Positions 63,643-64,000 of a stretch of 64,000 bases of DNA are shown piece by piece (the first letter of the stretch is position 1; each line of letters opens with the position of its first letter). The DNA is from Nitrospirota bacterium (GTDB lineage: Bacteria; Nitrospirota; Thermodesulfovibrionia; Thermodesulfovibrionales; UBA9159). The notes beneath the pieces were generated by a model that was given only the letters and a program-made list of their open reading frames with translations, was not told the origin of the DNA and ran no database searches. The translations under genes were made by a program, and so were the position numbers. Location of the stretch: NCBI GenBank assembly GCA_963699545.1, contig CAVOUE010000003.1:800001-864000 (forward strand). Direction: 5' to 3'.

Positions 63643-64000
63643 AGTAACCCCTCTATCTCCTTCTCCGAAATCTTTTTTGATATGGCAAGGGGCTCCACAG
63701 TATACATTTCCCTCTTCTGTTTCAGTCTCTTTTCGCCACCTCCGGTGATATTGAGTAATATCGTGTCGCTCTTCTGTACCGTGCCCGTGTGCACGGCATT
63801 TATGAGGGCTGCGGATGCAACCCCGGCTGCAGGTACGATATCTATCCCCTCCGCCCTTTCGAAGATCTCCATTGCAGAATACACCTCCTCATTTCTTATG
63901 CCATACATTTTTCCCCCTGTTGCCTTGAGGGCGTCATAGACGCCACCGCCGAGGGAATAGGCAGGATAGCGGGTCGAAAGAACCCTGGTGGTTATCTCTC
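63618..64000 (-). CDS. cysteate synthase-like PLP enzyme (threonine synthase fold), 3' end only
   Basis: VLSTRYPAYSLGGGVYDALKATGGKMYG...EGIDIVPAAGVA...LLNITGGG; overlaps the start of comDE. Confidence 0.75.
   Translation of the reverse strand, partial: EITTRVLSTRYPAYSLGGGVYDALKATGGKMYGIRNEEVYSAMEIFERAEGIDIVPAAGVASAALINAVHTGTVQKSDTILLNITGGGEKRLKQKREMYTVEPLAISKKISEKEIEGLLCNTLKKS

Noticed and set aside
1-64000. CRISPR array, tRNA/rRNA, prophage or defence system
   Set aside because: No regularly spaced repeats, RNA gene signatures, integrases or phage/defence motifs were seen.

Overview
Bacterial DNA from an anaerobe, tentatively a Nitrospirota/Thermodesulfovibrionia-like or Desulfobacterota-like organism (inferred from gene style only). 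Many genes are broken by single-base indels that look like long-read consensus errors rather than real pseudogenes. Layout: (1) 0-3 kb, a GH63-like glucosidase and a GH13 alpha-amylase-like gene. (2) 3.2-15 kb, an accessory module resembling ferrosome (fez) clusters: a DUF5132-like GxxxG protein, three stand-alone HMA2-like proteins, a 22-aa amphipathic repeat protein, a P2A-type ATPase with an HMA2-like N-terminus, a MetK paralogue lacking its methionine-binding residues, a TatA-like protein, a secreted metallophosphoesterase and small Cys-rich proteins. It carries six 11-bp-periodic Pho-box-like arrays. (3) 15-23 kb, envelope genes, including a DUF1573 protein with an in-frame UGA plus hairpin (likely a selenoprotein), PilZ, LemA/TPM, an L,D-transpeptidase and an Lpp/OprI-like lipoprotein. 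(4) 23-45 kb, a corrinoid methyl-transfer island: four Zn-motif MtaA/UroD-family methyltransferases, a corrinoid protein, an ASKHA/RACo activator, DUF1638, DUF2284, a CobW-like GTPase, a CbbQ/NorQ AAA+ with a VWA partner, an atypical CooS, a LarC-like protein, a ~600-aa unknown protein and a PAS kinase/NarL pair. (5) 45-57.5 kb, cobalamin uptake and salvage with two B12 riboswitches. (6) 57.5-64 kb, a GrdB/PrdB-like selenoprotein, an orphan TauA/SsuA-like binding protein, and a cysteate synthase-like gene with fused ComDE (Methanosarcinales-type coenzyme M route). The two best candidates for an undescribed system are the Pho-regulated ferrosome-like module and a possible bacterial CoM/thiol-linked corrinoid methyl-transfer system. 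I recognised no tRNA, rRNA, CRISPR array or intact transposase.
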